Notes: generated by a model not told the origin, from the sequence alone. Counted from the first letter of the whole stretch, positions 43,774-57,123 are shown. The stretch is 63,618 nt of DNA, filler included, from Globobulimina sp. (GCA_003354225.1; 24 parts of 24 records of this genome joined end to end with filler, not necessarily neighbours in it); one strand, 5' to 3'. Made by a program: numbers and translations.

Positions 43774-44789
43774 CTAAATTGATTAAATGTACGTAGGTAC
43801 ATTAGGGAAAAATCATTCGCTTCACTAGAACTAACACTAATAAAGCAATATTAACCTGAATAATTCAATTGTTGTGATTGGCTGACGACCAGATAAAGCA
43901 CTGTAAGAAGGGTCGGAATCAGTGAAGGAGAATAAAAGGTTTCTATTTAGTAATGGTTGAATAATAAAAGGTAGGTAATAAAATAAAACAGTTCACGGTG
44001 GTCAAGGCAATCGAAGAGCAGCGGAACGGAACGTAACAATGGCGACTGACTGACTGCACAAAAAAACATAATTGCATTTACAGCGGCCAGGTCGGTCAGG
44101 CAGCGTCAGCGAGAGCGAGTCCCAGTCCAGCTGTTGAGAGATGCCTGGTGGACCCATAGCCAAGCCCAGCCGTTCAATACAAATTGCAACAAAAACAAAG
44201 TTGACATTGATACACCCGTTGGCGTGACCTGAGGCAGGAATTATTCTTAACTTTTATTAATGACGTTTCACCTTTGACATACCTTGACGCGCAGATAATA
44301 ACAAAATAGAGTTTTTCGCTGCCCATATGTTTTTTGTTTGCCCATATTAAAAATGCTTGTGAATGGGCATTATGCACTAAGGTTTTTACCTAGACGTTTG
44401 GAGAAAACTATGACATTAACATAACGGGCATTTTAATACTTTCAACGGTTTACTACTGTATTACCCATTCCCATTAAATCCAACAACGTCTCCCGTTTGA
44501 TGTTTGTGTATATAATAGGGACCGGAAATTTCGGAGCTTTTTTTCTGTAAAATCGGAAATGAAAAAACGAAAATCAGAAATTTCAGCAACATTTTTTTGC
44601 CTGTCTTGAGAATTTTTGCCTGTCTTTGAGAGGAAGATATAAGTCGAAACCGGAAAATCGTTAAAATAAGCCTACTTTTACAATTCAAATATGATAGAAT
44701 GAATTAAATTTGATACAAATTTTGCTCAAATCGTATGTAACACGTGCTTTTTCGTCAAAATAACTTCAAATCCGTGAAAAAATGAGGTG

Positions 44790-45040
44790 CATTACACATT
44801 CTGCAATGCAAATGCACACTACATTCGACATGTTCACTGAATTACACTTGGTATGCATTGCATTACACATTCTGCAATGAACATTACACTCGACATTCAC
44901 TGAATTACACTTGGCATGCATTGCATTACACGTTCTGCAATGAACATTACACTCGACATTCACCGAATTACACTTGACATGCATTGCATTACCCATTCTG
45001 CAATAAACATTACACTCGACATTCACTGAATTACACTTGG
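44790..45040. repeat. 63-bp tandem repeat, about 4 copies, built from three ~21-bp attacac subunits
   Basis: cattacacattctgcaatgaacattacactcgacattcactgaattacacttggcatgcattg repeats to the contig end. Confidence 0.92.
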
Positions 45041-45362
45041 NNNNNNNNNNNNNNNNNNNNNNNNNNNNNNNNNNNNNNNNNNNNTTAATTAATTAANNNN
45101 NNNNNNNNNNNNNNNNNNNNNNNNNNNNNNNNNNNNNNNNAATCATAAAACATAATTATATGCTATTTACTATACATTTTTTTTTTTAATTTTTTTTTGT
45201 GTGTTTGGTTTAATGTTTTTTTTTTGTTGTAAATTGTACAGTTTTTAATCAACTTTTTTGGTTGCACCATTTGCATATTATATCACATTCGCCAATCTAT
45301 TAATTCCTAAAATATCACATTCTCAACAATTGAGTTGGAAACAGGAGCATAATAGTATGATG

Positions 45363-45410
45363 AAAAAAAAATGTGATGATGGGATTTGAACCCATTGAGC
45401 TGTCATCACA
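45363..45410 (-). ncRNA. 39-nt tRNA minihelix (acceptor stem + T arm) followed by T9
   Basis: TGTGATG-ACAGCTCA-ATGGG-TTCAAAT-CCCAT-CATCACA-TTTTTTTTT; both stems pair perfectly. Confidence 0.5.
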
Positions 45411-45637
45411 ATAAATTACATGCGGTGCTAAACTGTGTCAACGGTGTTATGTCCACAGTGGTATCTAAACGGTGGCTTAGTCCACGTTGCATATCATCAT
45501 TCATACCATCATGAATAATCTGGTACCAATTCATACAAATCCACCATAATACTCATAATGAGCTGTCTATGCTACGTTTACCGTCGAAGCTGTGCCATGG
45601 AGGTAACTGGAGGTAGACAATGGTGCTGTGTACATAC

Positions 45638-47466
45638 TCATATTTCTGATCCGAATAATCCATTATTTTGGCAGATTCGTCTGGTTTTGATTGGGCTATT
45701 CGGAGTTGAAAATGGTTGGTTGTAGATTGGCGGTGGCTGACTGTACATAGTTTGTTGTGGTGGATTGTACATAGTTTGCTGTGGTGTATTTGTCTTAAAC
45801 GTGCCCGCTAAAATAGAGCCGGACACATTCATTGAATTCATAAAATTGGACATTGGCACTCGAGGTTGCTGTGTCATTGCATCTGCACATAAATCAAATA
45901 AAATAGCATCAATATACCAGACAAATATTATATGCACATACTTGGGAATGCCGTCGGGAAAAAAGGCGGTGCGTTGATCAACGCATTCATGTTATTCATA
46001 CTATTCATATTATTCATTGGTTGCATCATTGTATTCTGCATCGGATTCATTATATTCCTTCGAATTCGATTTTGAGTTTGATTGTTTTGACTGCGATATG
46101 TACGAAATGCAGTATTCTGCTTTTGATTATTTTGCTGTCTCTTCGATTGCAAATAAGACACCGTATTCTTGTTCGCCTTAATAATGGGCACTTCGTTCGA
46201 GCCCAACACCGATCGGACCGCGGTATACGCCGTCTTTTCAGCACTCGCAATGGCGATGGATTCGCTTTCCATTTTGCTCGGTGGCGGTGACGGCGACGGA
46301 GTGCATGGCGGCGACCGCGGAGCCATCGATATCGTTTTTTTGTCACGCGCTTTTTTAGTGTTTTTCTTTTTGTTCAAATAGCGCATAGCTATGGCATCAG
46401 ATTTGTTTTTGTTGGGTTTCTCGTTCAATGCATTCCAATCATTAACTTTCGTGTTAAATAACCCGGATCGCGACGAAGATGACTCGCTGTCACTCGACGA
46501 CGAAGTGGTTTCATTGATGTCTGGTTTGGAGACATAGACCGTGCTCCTCGCGGACCGATGCGATGCGACACTCACCGCATCCTCCTCGCTTTTGTGCTCA
46601 TTCTCGTCTTTGTTGGGCTGTGGCTGTGGTTGCAATGGCGGGGATTTGCGTTTTTTTTTCGCTTTTTTGCCGCTTTTCTGTGCATTCCGATACGACAAAC
46701 ATTTCCAGTTCGCATTGCCAGCCTTGACCTGAGTCCTTAAAATGCCGCTTAACAATTCTTTTTTTTTCAGATCCATCCTCTGTCTGCGCGAGGATATGAT
46801 TTTTTTGCTCGACAACGAGGAGGACGACGACGTTGAGTCTGTGGCAGATCCGCACTGCGCTTCGTTTGCATGCTCGTCCGCCACGTTGTTGTGCAATGTG
46901 ATGCCTTCGATGTTGTTCCAGTCCTCAATGTCTTGGATGGTGTCATGTTCGCGGTACAATCGCCAGCGAAGTTGCTTCAGCTTCTCAAAGGACAGATTGT
47001 CGGCGGTCTGGTTGCCGATCGGTACAAAGGCCTGGTCGTTGTTGACTAATTGGTGCATTTTGCCACACTTCGAGCCTTTGGCGCAAATGGAGAGACTGCT
47101 TTTGTTGCTGTAAAAGATTGAGGAACAATAACTGTTCCATTGGTATTTGATGGAGGAGATATTCCACGCATTGTTGATCAGGGAATGCGTGGCTTTGTTG
47201 TCGATGGACAGCGTTTTGTAGGCCACACAGCCGGAGTTTGGAGTGTTGTATTTGATTAAGTATTGGTTGGATTTGCCCAGACACTCTACCTCACATTCTC
47301 CATAACGACAGAACACGGTCGAGATGTCGGAAGGGTGCGGCAGACGGTGCGAAATGGATTTGCTTTCACTTTGGATGGTGATTCTTAATTGGCGGTAATC
47401 TAAAACTGCTGCTTTCGGATTGTTGACGGCCACCAACGCCTCTTTCTTCTTCTTTTTTTGAGACAT
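45638..47466 (-). CDS. Low-complexity protein with a possible RRM-like region and CCCH finger; intron 45883-45941
   Basis: STVFCRYGECEV...YLIKY (RRM-like), C...CAKGSKCGKMH, Ser/Lys-rich middle and Met/Asn/Pro-rich tail. Confidence 0.55.
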
Positions 47467-47538
47467 TATTAATTTGGATGGTTTAGTTAGCAAAAAAACT
47501 TCACTTCAAAGTAGCTCGACAGCTACAATCAAAATAAG

Positions 47539-47694
47539 ATGAATCAGAACGAGAAAAAGAGTAAACATGCGATTGATTTCGCCATCTTTGAAAGTACACA
47601 AGAATGCGATGAAAGGAGACCAAACCTGAATAAGTGCGAAGCAGTGAATCGTATCATTTATGCGCTGAAATATTATGCATTGATGAATTCGAAT
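47539..47694 (+). CDS. Hypothetical protein, N-terminal fragment
   Basis: ATG-initiated frame open to the contig end, divergent from the previous gene. Confidence 0.4.
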
Positions 47695-47794
47695 NNNNNN
47701 NNNNNNNNNNNNNNNNNNNNNNNNNNNNNNNNNNNNNNTTAATTAATTAANNNNNNNNNNNNNNNNNNNNNNNNNNNNNNNNNNNNNNNNNNNN

Positions 47795-50333
47795 AATATT
47801 AACGTGACTTCACAACAAGGGACGGATTTAACTATTCAACTGGGATCAGACTGGGGCTTTAATCCAACATATCCCTCAACAATGGAACTTTACATCGAAG
47901 GAAATACATCAAAGCACACATACAATAACGATGGAGAGATAATATTTATATTCAACGTCAATAACCAATACTTTGCTGAATTAATGTCTCTGGAATCCAG
48001 AGAAAACAACCCATACAAACAATGTCCAGACATCAACACCCCGCTAATTAATACCACAGATATCAGCCAAATACTGAACCCACTGTCGCCTGACACTGAC
48101 AGATATGATAGATTTTGCAGCAGCTCTTGGCAGAACACAGGCGGTGACACTGAGTACAAAAAAGCTGTGAAATGGCCTATGTTTATGGAAATTCACAATC
48201 ATCCAACAAATAATACACTGTCATATTCCTGGGGTGATCACCAGACGCCGCCTGGCCCAAAATTCGACAATTTACAGTTCACTTCAGCTTTCCCTGCAAA
48301 CCAAGGACTAAATATTCATATCAGTGGGCACAGCTTATATGATACGTTTAATATTTTCTCCATTGTAGTCACATATTCCTACACCACAACGCCTGCACCT
48401 TCTACTCATCCAACCATGTCACCAACGAACATGCCTACATTGCCTACAACTTTCCCAACTACAAATATTCCCACCACTGCTCTACCAACTTATATACCAA
48501 CAATAAATCCCACTGCGATACCAACAATAAATCCCACTATGATGCCTACAATAAATCCCATCACAGTGCCAGCTACAATATATCCCACTTATGTACCAAC
48601 AAAAAATCCCATTACGATACCTACAATATTTCCCACTTACGTACCAACTATAAATCCCGCTACAATACAAATCAATGCAACTGTCGTACCAATCAGTACC
48701 ATTCAACCGATCAGCACAGTTTTCCAAACTACGCAAGCTAGCAACGCACCGACAATCAATCCAACAGCAAAAACACCAACGAAGTATGTTATGCAAAATA
48801 TGTTTTTGCGTTTTTCCAACCGATTGAATATGTGCGTCTGTTTTGAATGTTGCAGTTTATATTCGACTCAAACAACCTACAGTGAGGTGTTGGAGAGCAC
48901 AAACTATTCAATCACATCCACAGCGGAGAGCACTGGAACTCAGACTGCGCACTGGAACAATAGCGATAATTCTGAAATAGTGCTTCGACTGAATATAGTT
49001 TCGGGATATATTATCATTGCCGGAATGTTGTTGTTTGGCATCGGATGTTTTGTGGTTGGCATTTGTTTTGGAGTTACATTCTATAAAAAAAAATTAAATT
49101 CAGATGTTGAAAATGATCATTTTAACAAATTCAACCACGGCCACGCAGCAAATGTCGAAAAGCAACTTTCAAAATTAGTTCATAACAAAAACATAATGAA
49201 TGTAATAAACATTACGGACGCGGATATTCGTAACAGTGACGATGAGGACCATGAAAGTTTATATGTTCACGAAAAAGGCATATTTGATGCCAACAGCGTT
49301 GATGTGGCAACATCCGGGAAGCAAACAGTAGGCAGAACTCGCCATATTATGGTTGAATCGCAATCGCTACAAATGGAGCAACAGCAAATACGAAAACACA
49401 CAGCCTCTGGAGAAGTGGATGATATTTTAATAGTAAACAATGTTCAATTACAATCTGAACATAACAAACAACACAACCCTCCACAAGTTGTCATCTCATC
49501 GAGTTATGATAAAAACAGTACTTCGTTACAGGCGCCTATACAACAGCGGCGATTAAAGGTGGATCATAACAAGTGGTCAGACAATGCATCGGTAAATTAT
49601 GCCGACGCTCGAATGGACGAAAAGGAATTCCAAAGAAAGATAACTTCTGCTGGGAATACTAAAAAATATGGTCTTGATCAGCTTGATATCTTTCCCGATG
49701 ATCATGACGAAGGTATGTGACTATATGTTTTTATTTAATTACTTTAATATCAAAAACAACTGTTAAGGAGCGAGTGTTCAGTACAGTGAGAAGTCAGTGG
49801 GATGCAACAGCTTGAAAGATATTGACGGAAATCAGGGCGAGCACTATAACAGTGACCCAGATGCAGACGAAGACGAAAAGAATGTGCAGAATGAGGCAAC
49901 ACTCGGTATTGAGATAGAAATGCAAACAAGAAACAGTGCAGAGATCATGGTGCGGACTAAAAGTGAAGCGGCATATTGCAAAATGATGGAAAAAATAATG
50001 TTGGATAAATCTAGTTCTGTGGGGGATGCGCATGATGAACAGGTTGGACCTTTGCCCACTGCGTTGAGTCTAAGTGTTATGAATTCGAAATCTGGACAAC
50101 ATTTGTCATCAATTGTGGTGGCTCAGCATCACAAAGTTAAAAGGAAAAGTGCTTCTGAAATATCGTCGTCGCATAAATCTGGGAAATCGTTTATAACATT
50201 GTTCCATGAGCAGAAAGACGATGTTATTGAGGATTTGGATGATGATGGATTGGATGACCCGGAATATGAAGAGATGCAGTTAAATATGCAAAATATACAA
50301 AAGCAACAAGTCAGGGGAAATATTGGATATTGA
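47795..50333 (+). CDS. Type I membrane protein (PTxxP stalk, TM, long tail); introns 48784-48855 and 49713-49767; paralog of 26558-29112
   Basis: PTINP repeats and TM GYIIIAGMLLFGIGCFVVGICFGV. The tail shares MEKIMLDKSSSVGD, GKSFITL and DDDGLDD with the paralog. Confidence 0.8.
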
Positions 50334-50448
50334 TAGCTGGAATGTGTGNNNNNNNNNNNNNNNNNNNNNNNNNNNNNNNNNNNNNNNNNNNNTTAATTAA
50401 TTAANNNNNNNNNNNNNNNNNNNNNNNNNNNNNNNNNNNNNNNNNNNN

Positions 50449-52820
50449 CACAAAGGCGCGACACTCGTAGCCGCTGCCCGCACTTTTCTCGGCCTTTTCT
50501 TTCAAGATTTTGTTGTTGAAACTCTGGCAACACGCAATCTCATTCTTTCCTACCAAGAAAGCGTGCGAATTGCCCATCATCGCCAGGCCGGACCCGGACG
50601 GCACAGCGTCCACTGCGTCGTCCTTTGAGTCGCCGGCTTTGGCGGAGGCGGTGGCGGAGGCCGCGGACAGTGACGCGGCGACGGTGCTGCTGCTCGAAGG
50701 CGTGGCGGCGGTCATGTTATAGGTCCGATTGCCATAGAAACGGTTCCGCCGATTGTTGTAGAATTGTCCTCTGCGGCCGCGGCCTTTGAAGGTGTACTTG
50801 CGTTGCAATTCGGGCGCGACGTAAATGTAAGGATTGGACGGCTTGGATGCTTTCATGATGGTCGAGGTCACAATGACCGGCGTGCTCGATTTGGAGCCTT
50901 TTTTGTCAGAGTTGGGGGAGTTTGGCGGTGAGGCCAGTGTTGGTTGGATGGGGAGCGACAAATTGGACACTATCACCACACCGTCGTCGTCTTCCAACGG
51001 TTTGTTGTCAGTATTGTCTGTGAGGGATTTTGCTTTGTTTGGAATATCGTCGGTGTTTGGTTTAAATTTGGGTGACTCGGTGGTTTCTGGTTCGGTTTTA
51101 ATGATCGTTTCGGTGTTCGGAGTGTCGGTGGCTTCGATTGGATCCATTTCCATTTTGGCTGTTTCTTTTTGCATTTTTTCATTTTCTTTGGCCATTTCCA
51201 TTTCTTTTTGGATACGTTCCATTTCCTCCATTTCCCGTTCTTTTTGTAATTTTAATTGCAATTTGCGTAAATTTTGCGCTTCGATTTTTTTTCGTTTTAG
51301 TTGTAATTTTTTCTGTTTTTGTTTTTTGATTTTCTCCTTTCTTTTAATTTCAATCTGTTTTAATATAATCGGATGAGTATGTTTATTGATTTCGGATTGC
51401 TTCAATTTTAATTTAATCGCTTTACAAAACGGTGTAACTTTTACGTCGGGATATTGTTCCAATGATAATACAAAAGAACGGATTTTGGATTCAATTAAAC
51501 CGCTCCATTCAGTTAAATTCTTGTACGGTGCGCAGGCTTTGATAAATATATAATTCTTATGATCGATAAAAAATGTATTCCGCGAGAATAACTCCTTCCA
51601 TTTGACTTCATCAATCTCTCTTTTCGCACGCGATAACATATGAAATGCGCGAGCTATCTCACGTTTTAATCTGTGTATTAAAGAAAAGATGTTTTTGAGT
51701 CAGGCCGGACTAAGCATTGAGTGCAAGGATAATAATAATAATGTTTTTGAGTGCAAGGCTGACGAACGGACGCAAGGATAAATAAACAATCAACATACAC
51801 TTCAAAAGTGCTCATAGAGACATTATGCGTGGAATTCATGGCGGGAAAGGCCGGGGTGATAATGTGCATTAATTCGAATTTGCTTTGTTGGTCGTTGGGA
51901 TCCCACACTTTAATATTTGGCATATCTTCGTGCTGCACGATATTGCACAGTGTGATGGCTTTGAGCGGAGTTCCAAAGTTCCAAATATGATAAAATAAGA
52001 AGAAATTCTGCACAATTTGACTGGAGTTGGCATTGGGATATAATTGGCAGACGCGTCCAATTAAAATGGCCCATGACACACCACCTAAATATCCTAATTT
52101 ATTGCTGTAAATTCCTCGCTGTTTGGCCCAATATCGAATGGCCCGCAGAGATAATCGAAACGCCTTCTTATTGGGCACTAAATCGAGTGTTTTATGCGCC
52201 AATCGGACGCCATTCAGTGACAATATCGAGGTTTGGTCCAAATTGCGCAGATTGCGGTCGTCGTTAATGTCCCACTCCATGTCTAATAATTCAATTTGTA
52301 ACTGGGCGTACACGATATCGATGTCAATGGTGTTGTACTTGAAAGACATGACTGGCACATACGCATTGCGCACGGCGTAGAAATTACGAATGCAACTGTT
52401 CGATTGTAAGATTACGCCCAATTCATCAAAAAACATGTCGCGTGTTAAAAAATGAGGGCCCACACACAACAAATCGACGTCATCACCGGCGGAATGAACG
52501 TCTAATTTGTACGAACCGAAGGCGAATAAACGGACTTTGCTATTTGACACAAACTCTTCCGGTTGGTTGTGTTTGCGGGCAGAGGTTTTGACCCATTCTT
52601 GGCAGATTTGATCTAAATCTTGCAATACGTACTCACGTTCTTGGGCCTGCTGTCGGTGTTCTTTTAGTCGGTGTGCTTCGCGCAGTACATTTCCGAGTAA
52701 TTTCTCATTGGCTATGTCTGTGGCTGATGGACCTGTCAATGATAACGGATCTGAACTGAAGACAATGTGCGTTCGTTTTTCTTCTTTGTAATGATATTTG
52801 TTTTTGCGTCGGTAGCTCAT
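50449..52820 (-). CDS. PAP: Canonical poly(A) polymerase; intron 51671-51798; 3'-partial
   Basis: FGSYKLDVHSAGDDVDLLCVGP, AYVPVM, SLNGVR, WAKQRGIYSNKLGYLGGVSWAIL, MHIITPAFPAMNSTHNV, WSGLIESKIR. Confidence 0.95.
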
Positions 52821-53102
52821 CGTAAACGGATGGTTTTCAACAAAGTTTTTTATATTAATAGTATTTTATCAGAAGTCAGTAAAATCGGGAAGGAAAATAG
52901 GTTAATAATAAAATGTTAAAGGTAACATTTAACTTTTTGCTTTTCAGTTTGAAATTACTGTTTTTACTGTAAACTCTTTGAATTTACAGTTTTTTACAGA
53001 TTNNNNNNNNNNNNNNNNNNNNNNNNNNNNNNNNNNNNNNNNNNNNTTAATTAATTAANNNNNNNNNNNNNNNNNNNNNNNNNNNNNNNNNNNNNNNNNN
53101 NN

Positions 53103-53760
53103 ATACTTTCGTTTTCCTTTTCTTTTGTAATATAATATTCTATTTCCATTATTTTTAATTCGCATACAACATATCCATAGATTTCTGGATCATACATATT
53201 ATCATTTTCATTTTCTTCTTCATTTTCACCCATTTCTTGATATTTTTCGGCTAGTTTTAGCGTTCTGGCCACGCATTCCATTGTTTTTGTTAATTTATTT
53301 ACTTTAAAATAGCAATTACAAACTGTGTATGACATAAAAAGAAGAATTTTAATGTTGTCTGTGTTGTGAAATGGTTTGTGATGAATAATTGATGCATTCA
53401 AGAAAGTCCATAAAATATCGGTAATAGCACCTACAATCAACGCATTTGATTCATTTATTTTCCTGTTGTTACGAAATATTTTTCCAAATTCACAAATCGA
53501 TTCATCTCTCATTATATCATAAAGCTACACATTGAATAGGTATTTAATTTAATTTAATTGTTCTCATAAAACATGCAAAACTTAACTTCAATTCGTAATG
53601 AATCATTCTGCGGTTCTTTCTCATATATTTCACCGATTGCATTCTGCCAATTTTGAATTTGTTGTAATGCGTGTTTTGTTATTTCAACATTAAAATCATT
53701 AGCGATCGCTTCATCGAGTTTATTAACTGGAAAGACTGGAATTTGCTCGGAATGTGTCAT
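53103..53760 (-). CDS. Hypothetical protein; intron 53525-53586; 3'-partial
   Basis: Two ORFs joined by a phase-0 GT-AG intron. Confidence 0.5.
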
Positions 53761-53863
53761 GATAATTAAAAAAGATTTAAAGATTTTCGTGAAGTTTACT
53801 AGCTCTAGTCGCCTCTCATAATAATGGCAAACTAACAACAGTCTAATTTACAATCAATACAAT

Positions 53864-54529
53864 ATGGAAATACCGGATGGATATGTCGGGAGAGGTAGAG
53901 TCCAGGGGTCCGCCTGGCAGTCACCAGAACAAATAAAAACAGCACAAGAAAAAAAGGACCAAGCAGATCAAGCTAAAGCAATACCATTTGAAGAGTTTCG
54001 ATCAATGGATGGCAAATATACAATATTTCGACAAAAACCATTTTCAGCAACAACCCATAAAGAAGCAAATGCATTTATTGAATTATATACTGGCAAGGTT
54101 GAAAAAGTAATAATATATTTCTTGAATGAATCCACATGCAATGAATTTTGCGATTTAGTTCGAAGACAAATATTAAACGGAGTATTTAAACAATATGAGT
54201 TGGAATTATTTCTTGCCGATGATGATGGAAATTTTGATGATAAAAACGAGCCTCCGCCATCTAATGAAGTCTTAGCCAAAATTATTGATATTGGCCTCGA
54301 TTCTTTTTATTTTAAGATCACAAATTCATGGCAGTTATCAGAGAGTGATAAAGAAACTTTGGTAAAGACAATAAATAGTCATAAACAATCCTTATCTGAA
54401 TACCAAGGGACTTTACCAGATGACGAAGACAGTGATGATGACACTGATGATGATGAATCTGAGGATAAGAATGTAAATCAAATCCCACAAAATGTAAATG
54501 AAGGAAGAAGGTGTTGCATAATATTATGA
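53864..54529 (+). CDS. Hypothetical protein with an acidic tail and a CaaX prenylation motif (RRCCIIL)
   Basis: 221-aa ORF ending C-I-I-L, with an adjacent Cys and basic residues. Confidence 0.65.
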   Translation: MEIPDGYVGRGRVQGSAWQSPEQIKTAQEKKDQADQAKAIPFEEFRSMDGKYTIFRQKPFSATTHKEANAFIELYTGKVEKVIIYFLNESTCNEFCDLVRRQILNGVFKQYELELFLADDDGNFDDKNEPPPSNEVLAKIIDIGLDSFYFKITNSWQLSESDKETLVKTINSHKQSLSEYQGTLPDDEDSDDDTDDDESEDKNVNQIPQNVNEGRRCCIIL

Positions 54530-54665
54530 TTTCTTTTTGTGAATACCAAGTACTGTAATAACTGTATAGTGTCTTTTTCAAGGTTTTTGCCACTTTGACT
54601 GCTTTAGTTTAATTAACATTTTAAATTTGAGGCTTTTTGGGTTTGACAACAATAATTGCAAGGTT

Positions 54666-55273
54666 TCAAGCACTAAATGTATTGTTACATCCATTTTCTC
54701 CAATACACGGTGCGCGCACAATAAAGTTATACTGTAAATATGGAGCCTCACTTATAAATATAAATTGTGGTTTTGTCAGGGTCTTATCCTGAATAAATGT
54801 AATATTTGATGATCTCCATGACATTCCCCATCCTCCTGGATATAAAATGGTAAAACGGGATGTGACTTCTTGTGTGCTCTCATATATACCATTCCACAGC
54901 CATACTGTATTTGATCTGGTGCCACAATTATAATATTGATCGGCTTTTTGACAAACCGCATTATCCGCATGATCTGGGAATGCGTCTGGACATTGAAATT
55001 TATAATCTTCACATGGAGAATACCAATAATTATATATTGTTGGAGGATTAAATCCTATGTTAAATTGTGTTTTTTTGTTGTTTTTCATTGTGTTAAAATT
55101 GTATAGGATATAATACCTGGACCGGACACTTGAGCTGGATATTGAAGAACACCTGATATGTCAAAAAATGTTCCATTGGCCTGGGCTCTGCATGGATTAT
55201 TTGGATCAGATCTTAACATATAACCATCCACTGATAAAAGCAAAGCCAAAATCACAAAACATGAAGATGCCAT
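54666..55273 (-). CDS. Secreted mannose-6-phosphate-receptor-homology (MRH/ATG27-like) domain protein; intron 55055-55116
   Basis: Signal peptide, then C...FDIS, YSPC, AVCQ, ILYPGG...RSSNITF, EAPYLQYNF...APC, the MRH strand/Cys pattern. Confidence 0.65.
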
Positions 55274-55319
55274 TTAGATTGTACACAGTATGGTAACTTC
55301 AGAGTTAAAACAACATAAT

Positions 55320-55656
55320 TTCATCAATTCAATCATTTGGTGATGTTCGGCCTGAGCCTGAGTCATCCTCAGGGTAACAATTGATTTTAGATAGTAACGC
55401 CGCAACCGATCCCAGCTATCCAGTGCGCGGGTGGTAAAATCTATCAACATATTCATTTGCGTAATCTGAGCTATTGCCCGATGAAACCCGTTGTTCAAAT
55501 CTGACCACTCATCGCTGTTGCCGGATTGAAACGCTTGCTCCATCTCACCTACATGGCTGCGCAGATTTGCAATATCGGTCTCGGTCGCTTTGTTGGCAGC
55601 TACTCTAAATGCAATCCGCTCAAGATGTTCCAGCAGCAAAAACACCTCGTCAACAA
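55320..55656 (-). CDS. Bacterial GntR-family regulator FCD domain fragment (chimeric join)
   Basis: EVFLLLEHLE...NNGFHRAIAQ...EHHQMIE carries the FCD metal-site residues N, H, H. The frame is cut where AT-rich DNA begins. Confidence 0.8.
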
Positions 55657-56032
55657 NNNNNNNNNNNNNNNNNNNNNNNNNNNNNNNNNNNNNNNNNNNN
55701 TTAATTAATTAANNNNNNNNNNNNNNNNNNNNNNNNNNNNNNNNNNNNNNNNNNNNGAGTAATTGTTTTGTTTTATCCATTATTTGTTTACCAATAAATT
55801 CAATTAAAATCGTTTCTACACATCTGTTTTTTTTAAATAAACCCAGAACAAACCAATTATTTTTATATCCTGTACGTATGTTCGACAGCTTGTAATCTTT
55901 TTAGAGCCAAAATCCGCAAACTTTTTACTTTTAATCTTCTTTATAATTAACACAGATCAGTGACAGATGTTGATGTGTACTTTATAAAAACTTCAAACTA
56001 ACTGCATCTTTCATGATCTTTGCACAATCGCA

Positions 56033-56947
56033 ATGTTAAGCCCTCAGAAGTTTGTTCCGCCATTTCAGAGCCATTTCTATCCGTCAACCATACCAAATAA
56101 AAATGAAGAAACAACGCAAAACTTATTCGCAAACAAAGAAGCACAGATTAATAATTTAATGAAAGTGAATATTATTTTTAAGAAAAATATACAATTATTT
56201 TACGAATTTTATTGCATTCAGTTGTATCTCACAAATCAAATGATTACTATTCTAAAACAATTATGCATCGAGAATATTATACATGATACACCATCCGATG
56301 ACGAATTAGTTCAGGGATTTAATGAAATATTTGTTGCTCCGATATATGAGCAATTACTAAGTCACATGTACAGAAAGCCGCAACTGCCAAATGATCAGCA
56401 AATTAAACTAAAATTGCAAATCCATAAATATCCAATGTCTATGAAAAGGAAAATAGAAAATATTGCATATCAAATGGGTTTGTTACTAGTCTTTGCCTGT
56501 AACGAATTGCAATTGGATAACGATGAAAAAGTATTGGATTACATCGACGAATATAAATCTGTGCGTCATCATGAATTAAAATTAAATTTATTAGGATATA
56601 AGCGATGGTTAAATGAGCTAACACTTAAATATTGCTATACGAGCGATGTTATTATTGGCTATATTCATAGATACGGCGCAATACGCAACGATGAAATAAA
56701 TCTACAAATTAAACAGTTAATATTGATGTCTTTTTATTGTCCCTTTGGATCTAATAAAAGCAATGCAGAAATTAAAGAATTAGTATATGGGCCATTTCTG
56801 GATAGCTGTGGTCATCGAATATCGCTTTTATTTCAATCCATTGTACATTCCATTATGGGCGTTCATGTGTTTCTGTCTGCTCATTCAACTAAAAAGCAAC
56901 TTAAATTTGATGAAAATGATCTGATTATAGAAGAGATTTGGGATTAA
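56033..56947 (+). CDS. Hypothetical protein
   Basis: 304-aa intronless ORF in AT-rich DNA. Confidence 0.6.
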   Translation: MLSPQKFVPPFQSHFYPSTIPNKNEETTQNLFANKEAQINNLMKVNIIFKKNIQLFYEFYCIQLYLTNQMITILKQLCIENIIHDTPSDDELVQGFNEIFVAPIYEQLLSHMYRKPQLPNDQQIKLKLQIHKYPMSMKRKIENIAYQMGLLLVFACNELQLDNDEKVLDYIDEYKSVRHHELKLNLLGYKRWLNELTLKYCYTSDVIIGYIHRYGAIRNDEINLQIKQLILMSFYCPFGSNKSNAEIKELVYGPFLDSCGHRISLLFQSIVHSIMGVHVFLSAHSTKKQLKFDENDLIIEEIWD

Positions 56948-57123
56948 TTCTTTCATTTTATACTATTATAATATTTATATATAATATATAGCTTAACATC
57001 CTTGCACTTTTACTATCTAATCGCGTTTAATTAATTTCAATTCACTTTCTCTGATTCTGTAAGGTCTGTGGATCAACGTTGGTCAGTCAGATATCAACTG
57101 AACTCGGGTTTTTTTTTAAAACC

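Noticed and set aside
44790-45040. Possible CRISPR array or Cys-rich repeat protein (ORF 44766-45026)
   Set aside because: Head-to-tail 63-bp satellite with no unique spacers. The ORF is a by-product of a unit length divisible by 3.
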